A DNA stretch of 64,000 nt from NCBI GenBank assembly GCA_002269645.1, contig NIVC01001216.1, positions 270,340 through 334,339 on the forward strand, given 5' to 3'. Within the stretch, counting starts at the first letter, position 1, and each line of letters opens with the position of its first letter. Below, piece by piece: positions 59,813 through 64,000 of this stretch. The notes under the pieces are model-generated. The model saw only the letters and a list, made by a program, of their open reading frames with translations. It was not told where the DNA came from and made no database searches. The position numbers and the translations under genes were made by a program. This DNA comes from Macrostomum lignano (taxonomy: Eukaryota).

Positions 59813-61969
59813 CATACGTTCGACACCAAAGCACTAAACTATTTACAGCTGAACTGAGTTGTTGATCCTTATTTACACGTCCAGAAATACGTTAAGGTGA
59901 CTCGCCCACGAACTTCCTCTGCAGGGTCAGCTGTGATCTGATCGAGAACCCACCTCGGGTGTTTAAATGGCTGTTTTAATCTCCTTTCTCTAACATTACC
60001 GCGATGGTCTATCATTAATTCCATCTTCGGCGTTAGAATTTGAAAACCTTCATAACTTGCAGATGATATAAGCGCAGGATCGGGTCCTCCTTGACCAATC
60101 GATTTAGCTGAAGTCGACGTGAGTCGATCATAATCCAAGATGAGCGTTGAGATGGCAACATGGACAGCTGGAGTAGAATCGGATGCGCTACACTCAATTT
60201 TCCTAGAAATGAACTGGAGGTCGGTAATTGGAACATATATTCGTTGTATCGCCAGTGCATTCAACAGATTCTATATTACCTAGATGCACACAGTAAATTC
60301 TGTGTCTAGTTATGTATCACTACTGAGCCAGCATTCGATAATGTATTTAGCGGCCGTCTCTGAAGGCCGGCCGCTTTTCGCGCTGCTGCATGGAGTGACA
60401 CATTTTAGGTAGCTCGTAATATGGAATCCGTGGTGCATTTATTACATTTATGCTCTGGAGAAATCGGATTTTTCGAGTGATTTTTCTCGACCGAATCTGC
60501 AGTCTATGGCAAAACCCCACTCAGCGAGCTATAATAATGGAAAGATAGTGCACGGCTTGCAAGTGCAACAACTCGTGGTCCTAGGCGTTGTTGAATTTGC
60601 AAGCCGTGCTTCTATCACATTATCATATAGACTAGCCAACAGTGGCTATTCATTTTTGTCTATGGCAATTTGCAAAGAACAGGGTTGAGGGAGGCAAGGA
60701 ATATCTTTCTCTCCACTACAGCGCGATATTTGTTCGTCTCAGTGTGCGTTCATTTGAAAACATGATTCATCTGTCTCAATTCCCGGACAATTGCATAACC
60801 GGCTTGACTACGGCGGAAATCGAGAAGCATGTAGAGCTCATGGACAGAAATTCGTTGATCGAGCAGACGATGTTCGATGATGAGCCGCTCCTACCTACTC
60901 TTCGTTAGCTACTTAACAAATGGCAAGCGCAAGGCGAGCGAACTGGGCAAGATGTCCGACGTGTTGTCAGCATCGCTGTATGGAGCCAGTTCGTCTTATG
61001 CGACCAACGATAAGTCTGTGGCTATATCGTCGGACCATCTGGCGATATGGATTCGGCGGGGGATGCTACGTCTATCTCCGAGGTCCCAAAGCGGGTGGCA
61101 AGTGTTGGAATGACGACGTCAGTCCAAAATGTCAAGGTTGACGTTCAAGCAGCTTCGGCCGATACTGTTCGACCGAAGCTACATATTCATCTGAGTGGTA
61201 GTTTCAGCAATTGCAACTTCAAATTCGGTGATCAGTGAGTACTGATGAGTACTGAGTGAGTTACTGAGTTTTCGAGTTACTACTAGAGCACTGACTACTA
61301 GACAAAGAGCTCGTTAAAAATGTTCAACTATTTGCTACAATGCTACGTTTGCTTTTCGTAAAATATAATGTTTGTGTTGTTGCATTATTGCACACTGAAA
61401 GCCGCGCCAGCGTGCATTTTTGGCGCATTATTGCACCCTGATTGTCAATTGTCTATGGTAAAATCTCCATTATTTTGACTCGCTTGTTGGCTAGACTTGT
61501 TGGCTCACTTGTTGGTTGAGGTGAAAGCTTCGTAAAATTGGGAAAAGCATCTCTGCCATGTTTTTTATCGATTAACAACTCATTATTCATGATTGTTATA
61601 TACTTTACCACTGCTTTGTACAATTGGCCAGTTGCAGTATATGAGATGGGAATGTGGACGAGCATTCGAGATACAAATTCATGGTAAAATAAAATTAGAA
61701 AAGACATTTACGAGCGCAATATACTACTTGTCATGACTTTTCACTCTAATAAAACACGTTGTGGGTATTAGTCGACTCTTTACCCGCTAATCTGGGTGCT
61801 AATTTTGTTAATTAAGCCACTGGCTCTGTTGGGGCAGGTTGGTGGGCCTGTTGGTTTTAAAATGCTTTAATAAGAATTCAAGAATTGGAAATAATGCGTG
61901 AGAAGCGGTATACTACTCGTTAACAAATCAATGCATGCAGCTATATGTCCACATCTCATTTGGCAAACT

Positions 61970-63178
61970 GGGGGGGGGGTTTCACTAGGCCGAAATTTCA
62001 CTTTGCCGAAAGCATCTTCCTTCACAAAGCCGAAACTTCATTAGGCCGAAACTTCACTTTGCCGAAAAATCATTTAGCATAGTTTTTCTCTAGGCTGAAA
62101 CTTCACTAGGCCGAAAATTCACTTTGCCGAAATGACTAGCATGCTCTTTCATAAGGCCGAAACTTCACTAGGCCGAAACTTCACATTGCCGAAAAATCAT
62201 TTTAGCAGCCTCTTTCACTAGGCCGAAACTTTACTTTGCCGAAAAAAACATTTTCACTAGGCCGAAACTAACATGATAACATTAAACTGAATCGTTAATC
62301 ATTAATAATTATTATCATTATATTATTATTTTTATTGAATAATATTTAATCATTATTATTTATCATTAATCATTAAACAGACCTTAGAGATCTAGAACTA
62401 GAACCTGCTAGATCTACGAGGATCCTTGCACAGACCAATAACAGACAACAGACCAGGCCTGCATAGGGCCAAAGAATTAGAGACTAAGAGCCATGCATAT
62501 TCTATGAATCGGAATCTAGGCAAATCTGCATACTTTCAAAGGAGCCTTAAAACAACATACGAGCACTCTACAACTTAAAAGTCCATCCGACTGAGATAGA
62601 AAATGCAATGAAAATAATAAGCAATCAAAGTTTACTCCAAATGAAGTCAGGAATGTCAAAAATATTCCATACAAAAAACTGAGTGACCATATCGTGCTCC
62701 CACTTTTAGTAGCAGTAACTCGATCTTAGATCAAAATAAAGAAACTGTGCAGAGAAATCGTCACTGCTTGCTTGCGGTTCCATTTTGAACGCTTAAGTTC
62801 ACATCCCCTTTCGACCATAGTAAGGATGCTGCTAAAATGATTTTTCGACAAAGTGAAGTTCCGGCCTTATGAAAGAGCGTGCTATTCATTTCGGCAAAGT
62901 GAAGTTTCGGCCTAGTGAAGTTTCGGCCTAGTGAAAGAGGCTGCCAAAATGATTTTTCGGCAAAGTGAAGTTTCGGCCTAGTGAAAGAGGCTGCTAAAAT
63001 GATTTTTCGGCAAAGTGAAGTTTCGGCCTAGTGAATTTTCGGCCTAATGAAGTTTCGGCCTTATGAAAGAGCGTGCTAGTCATTTCGGCAAAGTGAAGTT
63101 TCGGCCTAGTGAAGTTTCGGCCTAGTGAAAGAGGCTGCTTTTCGGCGAAGTGAAATTTCGGCCTAATGAAAGCGCCTC
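61970..63178. mobile_element. Non-autonomous foldback-type DNA transposon (1209 bp) with tandem-subrepeat TIRs
   Basis: Left arm about 61980-62270 (ttcactaggccgaaacttcactttgccgaaa)n; right arm about 62845-63172 is its reverse complement. The 8-bp direct repeat GGCAAACT flanks both ends (61962-69 and 63179-86). No transposase ORF. Confidence 0.85.
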
Positions 63179-64000
63179 GGCAAACTATTTAATTTTCAAA
63201 GTCTTTTAAGAGTTACCTGCAATTCACGTAGACTATGTAAAAACCAATTCTTTTATATGCACACGGTAAGAACAGAGCGGTATGTAACCCGGTATTTAAA
63301 AATTTTCGCAGTTATCAGACGTTAATAGCAATATATTGCTCTATTTAGCGATAGCTATAGGGTGCAAATAGCTATAACCATAATTGCCATAAACTTATCG
63401 AGCCTATTAAAATGCAAAGGGTACTCCGGCTTAATGAGCCTCCAAGAATGTTCCCTGCACCCACTGGTTGCAATTAACTACAGTTGCGCACACAATTAAG
63501 TTCAATAGCCATTGGGGACAACAAACAAGCCGTGAGAAACGGTCTGCTCACTTTTAGAAAGAAAAAAATACATCACGAGATTCAAATAGTTATACGCTTG
63601 TAGCAGCCGGCCATTTTAGCTTAGCCTATTATAGCTAGAGTTTTGAACGGACCTCGCCCACAAAACGAATTACAGGGCAGACGGGTGGGCAGCAATTCAA
63701 AGCAGTTTCTTAATCTCAAGCCTAGCTAGGCTGTTTTAAATCTTCTTATATTGCAATAGTTTTCTTGCTGTCCTGCCTGAATTCAACAACTGTGTCTGCT
63801 CGTGTTCAAGAGCTGCTCAATTTTTGTCTGCAGAACTGCATATATCTTAGCTAGCATTCAGCTTTAGCTAGAGACCTGCGTGGCTCAGAGTAGATTGCCA
63901 ACCGAGTAACTGGACGTAGAATTTTCGAATCGATTTTTCAAATTAGTACCTACCTATATGTAGAAGGCTTATCAGGCGAACGAGCTCGAAAAAAGGATCA

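Overview
Eukaryotic (animal) genomic DNA with GT-AG introns, GC-rich exons and roughly a third of the window (~22 kb by my estimate) in tandem repeats. The style resembles a free-living flatworm such as Macrostomum, but this is inference only. I assembled: (1) the 3' part of an adenylate kinase 9-like axonemal gene (1-6269, +, 5 exons); (2) an intronless orphan class A GPCR (13526-14770, -); (3) a complete TOGARAM1/crescerin gene (23080-56230, +, 22 exons whose phases close to a 5877-nt CDS, about 1958 aa); (4) an unannotated spliced gene of about 137 aa (57984-58644, -) convergent with TOGARAM1. Mobile DNA: a young, internally deleted BEL/Pao LTR element (295-bp LTRs, AAGGG TSD, tRNA-iMet PBS), a tRNA-derived SINE, and a foldback-type TIR element with an 8-bp TSD. 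Two patterns stand out. First, 18 of 21 TOGARAM1 introns carry their own private minisatellite or low-complexity tract, several built from splice-signal or transcription-factor motifs. Second, RFX X-box motifs recur across the ciliary genes, including a mid-gene cluster and a 19-copy minisatellite whose unit is itself an X-box. Most long ORFs in the supplied track are repeat artefacts. All family assignments come from motif recognition, not database searches.
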